Positions 26,411 through 41,038 of a stretch of DNA of 64,000 nt are shown piece by piece. The stretch comes from Tubiluchus corallicola. Lineage: Eukaryota > Animalia > Priapulida. The position numbers and the translations under genes were made by a program. Each line of letters starts with the position of its first letter. The first letter of the stretch is position 1. The stretch spans positions 868,001-932,000 of the forward strand of contig JAQGDQ010000010.1 of the NCBI GenBank assembly GCA_030141605.1, written 5' to 3'. The notes under the pieces are model-generated. The model did not search any database, had not been told where the DNA came from, and saw only the letters and a list, made by a program, of their open reading frames with translations.

Positions 26411-29400
26411 ACTCATCCACACCCACCTTTCGTGAACATACACTCTGACTCTAAGCGGGAATGTAGAAAATTATTCTTGTCAGTACCTTGTTAAGCAAAA
26501 ATTTCGCTATAGCAAAAATTCTGAATGACAGGTGTAACAAATTCACGCCTTGTGCCGGATTTCAGCATCAAAACAAGACACTTTTGAACAGTTGGTCAAG
26601 GTTTCGTGCATAAAGAGTTATTCGAGTAACAAATTTTTCAATGTTCATTGTGGTCATTATTCATTAACTGACTTAAACTGATAATCACGTTTTTACACGG
26701 TCACAACAATTACTGCTGATAATGACCCCGGTGTAATTTTTAACAATGAGGTAACAAAGGACGGCATTACAACAGTTGATAGCAATTTCGTTGCCGTCAC
26801 TGTTGCTGTAGTTAGACTGAAAGTTGGTGAATGTTCTTTTAAAATTTTTGTTTTGTTAAAGAAACCTATATGTTTTTGTTTGTCAGATGGCTGCATTTCC
26901 ACTGTTATTATAAAGGAAGGGGTGTGTTAGCCTCAAAATAAACGGCTCTTGCATTGGGTAATGATCTTACTACACCATCAATAGTCGATACTGTGTTTAG
27001 GCAGGAATTTTTTTCAGTCTATTAAAAAACAAAAATATTTTAATATAGAGATTGAAAAGTTTTTAGAAGTTGTGTGGATGTTTTTAAACAAATTCGTTTG
27101 CACTAAATGCCTGATTTTACCGATAATTACTTAATATCTGACAATATTTTATAAGTGGAGCAGCGATTTGGCAAACAGTTTTTACATTTTATTGTAAACT
27201 ACGTAAATTGAAAGCTGCCAACATCCAGCTAACTTCGACGTGAATATTAGTTTCTGCTAGTTTTCTCTTTCAAGCTCTTAACTAGCAAGTAAGTGCTAGT
27301 TAAGATAGTAGCAAGATAGTAGCAAATAAGTATTAAATGTGTATTATTCTTATACAAACTAACACTAATAAAAGCGGCTTCTTTTCCCATTATGTAGTCT
27401 ATGCTTATTGTTAAACTAATTGTTTGCTGGTTGTTGTGATTTTTGCCTGAATCTGATACATAAAGTGCTATGTTTATGTTTTATTTACACTCTGCTTTAC
27501 ATGAGAACCTCTTTCTAAGTTATTTCCACTTGTATTCTGATAGTTGAATTTCACTCTTGTGATTGTGTAATGATATAATTTATTCTATGCCTTGGTTAGT
27601 AGTGTCATAATTGTAGTGATTATTTGTTTTGGCTCGGTTGATGATGACAGTTGAAAATGGCAGTTTATGTCTAGACGATCGACTGCGCTAATAAACAACA
27701 TGTTATTTCCTAGGGGCTGGCTCTTTTGTGTATTTAAATATTAAAGATTTTTGCCACATATCATACAAGGCTACGTGTAGGTTCGAATAATCTAACATTG
27801 GCACTTACAAAGCAGAGCGATAAACCTATGGCCACAATTATCGTAAGACTATTTATTAACTATTTTGGTTATAGACATAGATATTATTGCATAGCGTTTT
27901 TTATGCAAGTCCTTTTAAATGCTCCAAGTCACCTGAAGTACACCGTCTATGTGATGATGTGTGGAACTGTGGAATAATGAAACACGTGAAGACTCAAATA
28001 GCTGGTTAATAACGATCAATTAACAATAGGTTTCAAAACCAATAGTCAAAGGATAGGTGTGTTTTTAAACTAGATCTATGCGCGCTGCGCCACGTGCCAC
28101 TCATAAACCAATCACGTGATACCTATAAATCAATACATGATTCTAAACTGATCCCCCAAAGAAATAACGCTTTGTGCATACAGATGCAAATTCTAAAGAA
28201 AAGTTTTTCTCCAGGTATGAAAAAGATAAAAATAGGCACAATAAAAAATTACTGTTACTGTAAACTAATCTGCCATGCATTAAGCTAAAGAAAGTTGAGC
28301 TGTAGGAGCTTCGAGTGAGAGGGTCAATTTCCACAGATTATTTCAGACTTATGTCGACCTAAATCGATCGAACTGAGGTATGAAGTTCGGTTAAATTATG
28401 TTTAATCTCATCACAAATGGTTGCAATATTGTTAAGAACGTGCTGTGTATGGGACATTTTATGTTTTATGAATCTTTATTAGTTATCTCAATGTCACAAT
28501 GGTGTGCTGTGTTGAAATGGACTCCAAAATTCCACACTAAGCAAAAAAGATTTTTTTCACCCCTTCCGGATTTGTGTCCCTCATAATAGTTTATGTCCCT
28601 CATAATAGAACTCGGCTAAATTGTGCGTAAACTCAGTATTCCACCATAAAACAAAAAAACTAATTAATTTTTTTGTAATGAGCTTTTTGTAATAATTAGC
28701 CTAACAGAGCTGTGACTTCGTAAATAACAGCAATTATTATTACTTATACAAGGAGCATTCTCTACACTTTATTGTTCAGAATACAGGCTTTATTAAACAA
28801 TAGCAGTTGTAAATGAGAACTATGTTATGGCAAAATTGTAAACTAGTATTGCACCATTTGTAATATTGCGCGTTGCACCTATATAACTGTATGTAAATTA
28901 ATCTTGTTGGTTTTAATCACAACAAAATTACTACAACAACTACTATTATAGGCCATTCTCTTTAAAATGACACTTAATTTGCATTTAAGTATGTATGGGG
29001 CGTGTGTGTAGGTTATTCAAACTTGATGAAACTAATATGCTTAGGATATTAAGATAGCACTTTTGATTACTTAAAATTCAAATAGAATAAATTTCAGAAC
29101 TGCAAGCGACACACCACTCTGGTTCCTCACCTCCTATAGAGCTAAAATTGCATTAGTACGCATGGCAATAAATGCATTAGCATTAATACACTTATTATGT
29201 ACACCTAACAAAATCTGTAATCCGCATGGTTTAGGAATTTCGAAATGCGAGACTACAAACGCTTTGCGACGGAACTTAAAGATTTGCGAAGAAACGCAAT
29301 ACTTTGCGAGAGCTAACAAAAAATGTTTAAAAAAATTTGGCAGGCTCGGTCACCATCACCAAATACCTCTTGCCACAAATATTCACAATACCTAGAAAAC

Positions 29401-30433
29401 TAGTGCTCTTGTTATATTATTATATGCAATGCCAGGTTGCAGGCCTACTTGTACAATGTACAGATAAAAATCTTTCAAATAGCTCCTGCATCATGCAAAT
29501 AAACCCTCTGCGATAACTGATGGATTTTCGATAGGACGGTACTAATCGCTACCATTCCATATGTATCTTCCGATTTGTAATGCTACAAAAACAACAAAAC
29601 AGTAAAGTTCTCATAAAATAAATTCCATAAAACAAAACTAAATAAAATTTATTATACAAAATTGTAGTTTCTCAGTAATGACATTAGTAGAGTATCTTTC
29701 GATGCTAAAAGGCAATTGCGGCAAAAAACGAGAAACTTAATTTACACTGTAACAGTAAAAATAATACATTCTGTTTTTACAGCACTGCCATTTGTGTACA
29801 GATAAGTATACTGTTTAAAGCAAAAATATAGATTATACATTCTTTATGCCAGTACCATGTAATACAAATTAATACGAAACATCTGTTAAGCTGAATATAC
29901 GAATTAGGCTAAATAGGCTGCAAAGCATTAGAGATATTTTCTTGTAAAGGAAAAATTTTCTGAAAGCATTTCAGTCCAGATTTCAATCTCACTCACTCAG
30001 TGTGTAGGTCTAATAGGCAAGTAATGGTACGCAGCATTCCAAAAGATTACAAACATTAATGCGTACATCGGTTTTGTTAGTTTTAAACGAATTTTCACAA
30101 GATAAAATCTTTTATTTGTACAGTTTGCTGTCTACACAAAGTAAAGTCTAAACAGCAGCACAACTGTGCACACCGATGTACTGATATTACTTCAAAATCG
30201 TTGAAATAAGCTTTAAGAAGACAAACAAAAGAAGAAATTCATTTGTACACCGTCTTTTCTATACAAACTCAAACATATAATCTGTACAGCATAACTTTCA
30301 CGATACACAGTTATATAAATTATTACCTTCAGCATGACATAAGTTATGTCTAAATGGACATTAACTAGACCTAAAAGTAGATACTCTAAGTTCTCAAAAA
30401 TAATAATAGGAAAATTTTGTGGCTAAGGGTTTA

Positions 30434-33400
30434 TTATTTCTGGATGACTTCACGCAAGTAACTTGTGATCTTGGCGGCGCTTTCGAAGCTCTTGATCTCA
30501 AAGATGTTCTCTGGGATGGAAGCCATGCATTCCAACTCCTCCTTCCTTACGTTAGGGGTGATACCAAAAACGAATATTTCATGACCTTGAAAAACAACAA
30601 AAGATAATTCCTTTGCATTTCTCTTGTTAAAAAAAATTTGCCAAATATAGTGAACTTACAGCACAAGAAAGCATGCCTCTCTACAGTTTTACGTGTTAAA
30701 TGCAGACGTACTTTAACGCAAACTCAGATTTATGTAATTCAAATGTGCCTTGATAGCTCAAATGTAGACTTAGATAGTTCAAATGTGTTAATAATAGTTT
30801 TAACAAATCGAAAGCGTCTTTAGCAAATCAGATGTAGACACATGTCAAGTCAAATATGACATTGGTAAGCAACGGAGAATGGACCCTGTTCCCTTCTACT
30901 GTGTTTACATACCCAGTCCTTTAAGTTCAGCCGCTTTTTCGCATGTCCTTCCGCCATTGTCAGAGAAACCATCAGTAACAACAGCAACAATTTTCTTGGC
31001 ATATGGTCTAGTATCTTGGAACATATCCAAGGCGAATTGTAGGCCAGTGTGCGTGGACGTCGAGCCCTTCTCTGTAAAAAAAAGAAGAAGAAATTTCTCT
31101 TTTCTGAAGCACGAAAAAGTACTTTGATTACTTTGTTTGATTACTTTGACTTGTTTGATTGATTTGTTTGATTGCCTTGTTTGATTACTTTGACTTATAA
31201 TCCTTTGTCTTTCTTTCTTTACTTTAACAAAAATTGCCTTGCCGTACTTGTCGTACCCTATCCTACCTTACCTTCTGCCTTACTTTACTTTACATTACCC
31301 TACCGCACCCTTCCTTACCTTACCTTATCTTACCTTACGCTCTCCTGCTTTACTTTGCTTCACCTTATTTCACAATACTGTATCATATCTACCTGATTTT
31401 ACCTTATCTTTCCTTACTTAACGATATCTTTTTTCCAGTCTCCTCTTCTTTGCCTTGCCTTATCTTTAAGACTTATTTATAAGTTTTCTCTTATGTTGTC
31501 TTGGCTTACATATCTTACTTTGCCTTACCTTTTCAATTGGTTATAATCTGTGTTTTGCAGCCTGTCTTTGCTTTGATTTGATTTGATATACAAGTAGGTA
31601 GTTGAAGTCAAATCCTGTCCTTTACGTCTAGAAATGTCTGTCTTTGACCTACCAGAAACTACTAGTTCTATACTCTACTTTCCTCTCCTACTTTACTTTT
31701 CTTTATTTTACCTTAGTACCTTACCTTACCTTACCTCACCTCACCTCACTTCACCTCACGTCATCTCATCTCACCTCACCTCACTTCACTTTTACTTTAT
31801 TTTACTTGTACTTTGCTTTACTTTACTTCACTTCAGTTTACTTTATTTCGTTTTATTGTACTTTTACTTACTGTAGTCGATGTTAAGCATGTCAATTTTC
31901 AGAGCATTTAGTTCGTTCTTATCAGCTTGGTCTTCAGGTAGATAATTAAATTCAATTCCTGTCTTCGACCTGGTGGAGAATGTAACCACGCCTAATCTGC
32001 TGCCATGTCGACCGAAAGGATTATCCACGTCCAAAAATTCTAACAGATCCTAAGAAAGAAAAGGACGCACAGTTGATAGTAAAAAATTCACAATTATTGT
32101 GAAAAGAGCCAATATGATACACATCTTCACTGCCGCCGCCACCACCACAACTACCACCACCAACAACAACAACAACAGCAACAACACCACAACCACCACG
32201 GCCACTTGCACTACCACCACCACCAACACCACCACAACATTCATCATCACAAATATCATCATCATCATCGTCAACGTCCTCCTAATTACTATCATTATCA
32301 TTATTGCCAACGCCGTCATCATAACCGTAGTCATCATCATTATCATCACGTTCATTAACTTCATCATCATCACCACTGACATCATCACTGTTAAAAATCT
32401 CAGTATAATCTCACACCGCTGTCTGTTTGGTCACCCGCGTTGCATGCGTGTGCATTTGTTTACACAGAAGCCTCATACACACGCTTACACATACACGTAA
32501 TATGGTAAATTATTTTGAAAGCTGATTAAAAGTCAACGACTTAGAAGATTTGTTAAAAGCCAAGCAGCACTGATTCCAGCAAAAGTAACGTAGCTGACTT
32601 CGTGGGACCAAGGAACAAACGCTGATCGGCAATATTAACTGGCGCTACGGCAAGATAACATGAAGTGCCACAACTCTTGTGGTATGTTAAGACTAGCTGA
32701 CTTACATTCAAGAAGCTGATAGCAATGGCATAGTTTTTTACGCCAATGCTGCCACTGCTGTCAATAACTAAAATGAGATCGACCGGAACACCGAGTGTGA
32801 TGTCGATAAGTCCAGATTCGATGAACTGCGTCAGTTCCGGTTCTGGGTTGTTCACTTCAATAATGAAATTGGTTTGGATGTTCAGAGCTACTTCTGTGTC
32901 TTCATCATCAATCTCCACAACAACAATAGGTTCTGGAGGCGGTGGTAACAAGCAGGTAGCTGAAAAAAAAATCAAAGAAAATCGATTGTTGAAAGTTGAC
33001 ACTAGTACCGTTAGAACTGTTATTCCATTAACATCAGTATCAGCCATTACCATCGCCACATTGCATCAGTTTCATTTCGTTCATCGAAATTATTATCATT
33101 GATGGCATTAGTGCCGTAATAGATGTCATCATTCTTGTCATTATGACCGGCTTTACCATTTTTATCAGCACTAATCATCACCAATCATCATCATAGTCGT
33201 CGCTTTCATAAAACATCATCATCATCGTCATCATTATCATCATCATCAGCAGCAGCATCGTAGTCGTCGTCGTCGTCGTCTATTCCACTAATGTCATTAT
33301 CATGAACCTCATCATGCTCATCATCATCATTGTCACTCTCACAATCCTCGTCGTCACTTTTTTCACCAAAATTATTATTATCATAGACCAAATGTTTGCT

Positions 33401-36400
33401 TTTTTTACTTAAAGACCGGTATTCTAGTTTCAGCAAAACCAAAATACCTTTAAAGAATATCAAAGGATTATAGTCTCTCATCAAAGAATAATACCTGGAT
33501 CAATGCGGATGCTCTGTGTGTCGATCATGTTATCAATAATAGTAGGAATGGCATCAATGTAGTCATTCAAAGTCAAGCCTAAATCCATATTAAAGTTGTA
33601 GTTGGCAGTGCCGTCAAAGCCCAACACAGTAAACGCAACAGTAATTTTGTCTGGTGCGGGAACGACCAAGTCCACCTACATATAAAAATGATTATAACTA
33701 CATGTATAATGAAAAGCTTTGCAAGTGCTGCCTAATGGCCATCTTCATCATAGTTATGACTGTCGCAACAGTTACAATCAGAGATTTTTGTTGATTAACC
33801 ACGGTTACATCAAAACAATGACAACGTTATTGTCTTCATCCCTTTCACTACTATCGTCGATGCCTGAGATTTCATAATAAATAAATAGTTTATTGACGAA
33901 CAACACAATACAATATACATAAAAAATCACACATAACACAAAGCATGCCAACACTTGTGTATAATTGTCATCATTATTGAAAGAGTAAAAGAAACAGTAG
34001 AGGTTAAATAGTATATACACGCTTACAAAAATAATATGATTACAATAATGTCCTTTTGCTATCAATTGAATATAATTATCTATAATAGTTACACGTGTAA
34101 CAGCAAGGGGAAGGTTGAAATCTTCAGCTTCTCTAAGTAAATCTTGAGCTTTTTCCAATGCACATTCAGCTTCAGCAAGTCCAGGACAGTCTGAAAGTAT
34201 ATTCACCATGTGGATTAACTGCCGTCTGGATCAAATGATGATAACTAATCCCTTCCAAATAATTATTAAAATAGCAATCAGTTTTATTTGTGACATAAAT
34301 CTGCCTTGTGATTTTTTTGTGTATTGCCTGCCCTATAATTTTGGACGGGCTTGAATAGTAAGTTTTTTTCTTAGAACGTTGGAAATTTTAATTTGGGAAA
34401 TGTTAACAGACAAAAAATTGAAATATGATTAACGATAATTTTTTCATAGAATTATGATTAACGAAAACTTGGCTAGCCTATTTGAGCACCTCAGAGCAAA
34501 TCAAGTTTATGCTAAAGAGTTGAATATTTACTAACGACTCAAAGATTGTAGTTTCAAATTTAAGCAATGCGTCAAAGTATATCTGCCTTCTTTTTTAAGT
34601 TATGCATCAAGACACGTATAATTGTGTCTTTGACCCATTGGGTGTCAGTAAAATGCTGAAATTCGTACTAGGATCGAAAATGGGTTCTCCGGGAATGATA
34701 ATTGGCGGACTACCAGCTCCTAGGCAGGCCTGTCTGCAATCCTTATGATGGTAGAAATAACGACCTGTAAACAGAATATCAGAGTTAACTAACAATAAAG
34801 CAAACTATTCAATTATAAATGTAAATATTGCTAAATTCTAAATTCTGATATTTCTAAATATTTTATGGCCTAAAAAAGCAGGTAAGGAAATTACATCTGT
34901 CTGGAATCGAGCTTCTAGATGCAGTGAATCCAGTCATTTCGGGCATGCAGGAAGGTTTAGGCGCCAAGACAGTGCCGCCCTCTTGTAACACAATTCCGCA
35001 ATTTCGCTGCACCTGTGAAAGAACGTCAAACCACGAGTCAGCATCGCTCACCATTGATTGTGCTAAACCTTGAAGTCTTCCCTCGTCCAAACCTGAAAAT
35101 CATTATCAATGAACCAATAAAATATAGTTAGTAATCGCAAAAATGCTACGGCATTAAGCTTTCAAAACGTCTTGGTGTGGCGCCACCGTTGCAGGTCTTT
35201 GGCTGGTCGTTAAATAATAATGACAATTGTATCTAATACGTTGTGTTACACTAGCAAGAGAAAAAGTGTTCTTCGATGTCACTAAATCTAAATTGCATTT
35301 TATTTCGATTTAAACTACGGCACAGGTCACTCTTTATATTTAATTTAAAACAAAATTAGCTCGTCACGCAAGTTATACATTTTTTAATAATTTATGACAA
35401 AGAATCAAACGAACATTTCTAAATTTGAGTCTATCGCTGATTATCTTTCTCCGTTTAGTAAGTGCCGTGATCTTTAACTTTGTGAGCGTCACTAAGTTTT
35501 ATTAGCAAACTCTAAACAGGACAAAAGTTGTCAAAAATCTGTCTGAACCAAAGGCTAACAGTTTTCTTAGATGCAGCTCTTACCAGATATCAAATTTTAC
35601 TAGCCAGTGGCTTGCTTACCACAGTGGGTTAAAGCATTACGACCATAATTCAGAGCAATTCCATTTGAGCAAGATTCTGTGAAGGCATTAGCGGCATGTC
35701 CAGTTGGATCACAGAGGCACCTGAACCAACGAAGGAGCTCAGTGACTGCTTGCGTCCTACCAGCTGCTGTGTCAGCACTCATGGCGTCTCTTAGCCGGAC
35801 GCAGTTAGGAATGCCCCAGTCGACAGCGAGAGCTAAATAAAATAAGAAGGAAGATTGAAATATCTGCATTTAAGATTTCTCGTGCTTCCATTAGCGCAGC
35901 TAGAAATTCCTATCCTAATACTATACACACTATCACATTGCAAAGTTTTGTATGCAGCAAACTGTGCAATGCAAACCGTCTCACACAAAAATTTGCGTGC
36001 CTGCACACGACAACTTCCTCATGAAGCAACTTTCACATAGGTAATTACAATGAACATTTTCTAGTTGTCGCGTGACAAAATGACTGGTTTTTAGTGGTCT
36101 GAATTGATTTTGTATCATGCAAAGTGTTGTACCTTTTCCGCATGCAAGAGCAGGATGAGCTTGTGTGAGACAGAAAATTATGTTTATTAAAAACCTCAAA
36201 CGTGCACACGAGAAAACTTGGTGTCATACAAGTTATTGTATACAAGTTATGTCTCGTGTGCAACGGGCGTAATAAAACAAGAAAGCTAGGAGTTACATTA
36301 TTCCACGCACATCAGCAAGTAAAATCAAAACATTTTGAATCTATAATCGTCTTATCGCAATTAGACAAAGTTTTGTCGTAAAGCAATGTAAGATTACTAC

Positions 36401-39400
36401 GTATCGTTGATGTCTGTAAAGTTCCCGAAGAAACCCGAATTTATAAATTACATTTTATTTTATTTTATTGTTTTAAATTTATTTCTAAAAGTACGTGCTT
36501 ACAGAAAAGTAGTATTATATAAAAAATTTAAACACTCAACTATAATATAAAAATTATAACATCTATTAAAAAAATTTATTTACATGTACATTTTATTTTT
36601 ATTTGCATATATATGTGCACCCAGACACAAAACATAATTACACACGACAGATACAATACACAAAAAAATTTAAGCAAATTCCGTACCGCATCTTGTAATG
36701 TGATAACGTGTCTTTTTTTCAAAACAATATCTGCACAATTCTGGATCGCCTGTCTGAAAACAGAATTCATGAAAAACTGAAGCTTAATAATTAAACAGTG
36801 ATAGGTTAAGCAACACCCGTATTAGATAAGAAAAGCGCTTCCCGTCGATAGCCATAGAGAGTTTTACTAGACCATCTCTTTTTTTTCACCCCATGTCAGT
36901 CCAAATTTATTTCTACCACCCGATGCAGCTAAAGTTCACAATTCCCCACACAAAAGAAATTAGTTCGTGAAGCGGATTAGGGTTAGGATTAGGGCTAGAG
37001 TTACGATCGGGTTCAGGGTTAGGATTGGGTTATAGTTAGGGTTGTGTTACGGTTAGGGTTAGGGTTGGGTTAGGTTTAGGGTTAGGGTTAGGGTTAGGGC
37101 TAGGGCTAGGGTATTTAAATTGTAGGGGAAATTATAAACTCATTCCCTTATGCTATAGTTAAACTGGACCTTAAAACTGCGCGTTTTGTCACTCTGAAAT
37201 TCCCTTCCCCGATTTCCAAGCACTTGTGAAACTGCTCCATTCATTTTTATTCAAAGACTTTCAATGACGTTCGCGTACATTTTGACAGAAATTTAGAACT
37301 CTTTAATAAAAACTTTCCTTACCTACGCCTCCTACATAATGTTTTCTTGTACAACTTACCCCACCTCCAGTACCAGGTATGATGATGTCGGGTCCTGGTC
37401 TAAAGCAACCAGCTCTGACCCTTTCGACATTTGCTCGCTGGAGAGCTACCTCGTCTTCTAGTCGCTCGATAAGCCTCTCTCCTGCACGATCTCCGAGCTC
37501 TACAATACACACAGACAAAAATTATTAAACTAATTTCGTAGTGTTCACAATATTTGTTTATAAAAAACAAAACTATAAATATAGAAAGGCTTTTATGAAT
37601 TTGGGGTACAACACGAATTTAATACAAGGGGACTATTGCGTGTTTATGGTATGTGTTAGCCATGTTCGTTATGCAGCGCACAGCCTGGTTACTAAATGGA
37701 TGTGTGACTTCCGGAAGAACTGCTCCTGTTGTTCCTTAGCCTGTTTTCTTGTCAAACTTTTTCACTGAGAGTCCAGGCTCGGTAATTGCAATGAGTCTAT
37801 AAATAAAACTGACAAAAAATAAAACGTGTATGTACAAGTGATTGTGCTGCGGAGCATGCTGGGAAGGAGATGAGTGGAAAGAATTCACTTGGAACTTAAC
37901 TTCAAAATAAAAATTAACAAGCTGCGAACATCAGGCCCTGCAACCGATAGATCATAGAAAAATAGCAGACCTTGACGTATCAACTTGAATCAGTTCACAG
38001 CAATTCACGAATAGACCAGTTGACCTTGAAAAAAAATCTGCAAATTGAACCAGTTTTTACATTTTCTACCTGTGACTACAAGTTTTCCTCAAGCAAAATG
38101 GATATTCATGAAACTAAACTAAGTGTTGGACGAAGTTTACTCTTCCTACTCTTTATTAAAGTATGTGAAATGTATAAAGTTATCTGCTCATAAAAATGTG
38201 TAAAACGATCTTATGAGAAAAGTTAAGGCTGTCGGGAAGCGCAGCTTATTTTAATGTTTGGGGAAAATGTTAAAAAATTTCAACAAGAAAAGTGTGTGAT
38301 ACGATCGTTGTGTGATCGGTTAACTCACTTAAACTAAGTTGCGAGGTGGCTTTTAATTAATGCGGCTGTATTGCCATTTTTAGGTCCCCTCTGCCACATA
38401 GCTTTAACGTAATTATGATGAAGTTAGTCTTGATTTGTTAGAAAAATGTGCAATCTGTATTTGCTCGAATGTATGTTGACTAAATATAATAAATCTTGAA
38501 ATCTCGAAATCTTGAACTCTTAAGTTACGGGCGGTGATTTCACAAAGCTACAAAATAATTATTTCCAAAAACCGATATTCAACTGTAAAAACCAAGTAAC
38601 CCGCTTGGCAGCTTATGTGGAACTGTGCTTCTGCGCAAAGCAAGTGAACAATATAGTTAACGCAATCAAATTGAACGAATAACTGAACATAACATTTCAA
38701 AAAGATTGCTTAATGAATATAATCATTAACCAGTCTTGTGACCAAATGTTTTCTTTGAAATAGATCGCTATAAAATTGCGGTTAATAACAGCAATTTATT
38801 AGTACAAAATCCTACACTAAAGATCTTAGGTGAAATGAAGATAGAAAAACAACACAAAGGCTTCCAAATGCTATTTTTTAACTTTATGATAACAACCCAT
38901 TCAATTAATTAGGCTTAGATTGTGCAGCACTATTAAAAACAACATATCAAGAAAAAAGTGTAAGCCAAAAAAGTAAGCCAAAAGTGTAAGCGAAACGACT
39001 ATTTCTGGTGTAAAAAACAAAATTATAATTCATATTAACGTATGCACAATGATTACTAGAACTTTCTTTTGCTTATTTACTTGCTTTGCAAAGTCAGGTA
39101 GTATGAGAGAGAAAACCCATCGATTAAATTAATGGTGCAACGGATGTTTTTTAACTAAAGTTAATGAAGAATGTCACTAAGGGTGGGCTATTTGAAGATT
39201 CTTGCTTCTGGCAAACACACTGCGCATATCTTATATCAAACGGCTTACTTAATTTTGTGTTATATAATGGCACCATATTTGTTAGAAGTTATTGTGTTTC
39301 TCTGCTAGGCTCTTGAGGACAGTCACAAACTGCGCTATCTCGCGATAAAAATATTACACACGAGGGCAATAGCCTCTACGCCTCTAGATGCTTATGCTGC

Positions 39401-40397
39401 TTTTATTGACATCACTTTGCAGACGGTAAAAAGTACGTCTCCCTTCGATGCCATGATCCGCAGTTTAAGTAGAACACTTGCGTTTGTAACTATTACAATT
39501 ATTTATACGAAGATTTAGAGTGTAGAGAGAATGGAACAGCATGAGTGCTAGCGAACAACGTTTAGAAACAAAGAAAAAGAAAGACAAGAGGGAAGGTTAA
39601 TAATTAATGGCTAATTAAGTAATTAATAACTAATAATTCAAATTTTATTTTATTTGCTTAAGTTAAAAGTTGCCTTCATTATTCTAGAAATCGTACACCG
39701 CAATTGATGCAGTTTTGCGCAGATTCAAAGAGCTTTGACGCAAACAGACCTTAACACACCAAAAACAGATTTATGTGAGGCGCTTTCAGATCTACAAAAG
39801 TGATTTGAAAGCTTATACGTAATAAGTGCAAAATAGTATAAACAAAAAAGACCCGACTAAATTTTTCCAGTCTTTTCTTCCAGAGAGGAGGGTGGAAGAG
39901 ATGGGAAAGCAGGTGAATAGCAAAACTGCCAATCGTTTACAGTTAAAAATATGTGAGTTACCGCCTATTTCAAAGTTCCAGTTAAAAAAACAAATTAATT
40001 TATTTTTATTTTATATACAATTTATAATTACTGGCGCAGAATCAAAGTTGTTAAAGAAAGACATTTCATCTAACTTCATGTTTGGCGAAGTATCAGACAA
40101 AAAAGTGTAGAAGTACTCTATATGATCAGAGATTTTTGCATTCGCTTGCGGGTGTTACATTCTCTGATATGATTTAGAAAATATAAAAACAAAATTTCTT
40201 GGACAAGCTGACAGCAGGTCTAGATGTATAATGCCCGAGTATTAGATGCCAGTCATGTCACACTTACCATTAACGAAGCCTCCTGAAAGATGAGGTACAA
40301 ATTGTTGGACCTCTTCTGATACTTGAGCATCTTGAGAACGAATGATGTCAAAACTAATCACTCCAAGTAAAATGATGAGGAACGGTATGAGCTTCAT
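30434..40397 (-). CDS. Paralogue C: secreted protein with unrecognised Cys-rich N-terminal region and C-terminal VWA domain, 12 coding exons, 621 aa
   Basis: Exons: 40397-40268, 37499-37360, 36753-36687, 35832-35620, 35092-34895, 34764-34669, 34190-34093, 33675-33495, 32959-32706, 32049-31872, 31071-30913, 30585-30434 (TAA). GT-AG, phases as in B; total 1866 nt. Signal peptide MKLIPFLIILLGVISFDIIRS. VWA motifs VDLILVIDSSGS, RLGVVTFS, KGSTST, VVTDGFS. Minus-strand AATAAA at 30111-30116. Confidence 0.9.
31130..31870. repeat. Degenerate pyrimidine-rich pentanucleotide repeats (CTTAC/CTCAC/CTTTA)
   Basis: Fill most of intron 10 of paralogue C. Confidence 0.85.
32130..32390. repeat. Compound (ACC/AAC/ATC)n trinucleotide repeat
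   Basis: Low-complexity triplets in intron 9 of paralogue C. Confidence 0.85.
33175..33385. repeat. Compound (ATC/GTC)n trinucleotide repeat
   Basis: Low-complexity triplets in intron 8 of paralogue C. Confidence 0.8.
36977..37110 (+). repeat. Degenerate interstitial (TTAGGG)n-like repeat
   Basis: About 22 hexamer units, several perfect TTAGGG, in intron 2 of paralogue C. Confidence 0.85.
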
Positions 40398-41038
40398 CCT
40401 GAAAACATTAAACATCTGATAGAGTCTGTTGTGCAAAAAATGAAAGGAGGAAGGGATGTAGAAAAGGGAAAAGAGGAGCAGGAAGGAGGAGAAAAGAACG
40501 AAGAAGAGGAAATAGAAAACAAAACAAAAAGAGAAGAAAAGATTCATGAGTCATAAAAAGAGAAGAAAACGAAAGCTCACATTTTAAAATGTGAGTATTC
40601 AGGATAAACATATTTAAAAAAGAAAACGTTCACCTTTAATATAAAAATCAGACGACAGAAAAACCGAGATACTAAAAAGTTGTTGAAAATAATTGAAATG
40701 CTTTGTTCATACATCATCTAAACGTAATTGTGTAAAACTACATGCCTCTTTTGTTTAATAAGAAAGATTTAATAATTTTTAACAAGTCGGTACAGTTTGT
40801 TCGTAAAAATAACGCGGCATAAAGTTATAAAACTGCTTTTTCCTTGCCGCTACACTAAATTCGTGTATTATTTTTCCATTTTCCGTGTAACTAAAACATT
40901 ATTTCTAGACCGCTAATACTGACAATAATGATATCCACACAATTTTATTTTATAAACCTTATAATTTAAAATTATGTTAAATATTTCCAGGGTCCTGTTT
41001 TACCCGCTTTTATGAGATGATTTTTAAAAAATTCTCAC

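Noticed and set aside
32050-32500. Poly-V/M and poly-T/I/N ORFs on both strands
   Set aside because: Intronic trinucleotide repeats between VWA exons 9 and 10 of paralogue C.
33206-33484. Poly-Asp ORF that could suggest an acidic biomineral protein
   Set aside because: Intronic (ATC/GTC)n repeat. Exons 8 and 9 splice in frame without it, and B and D have no equivalent.
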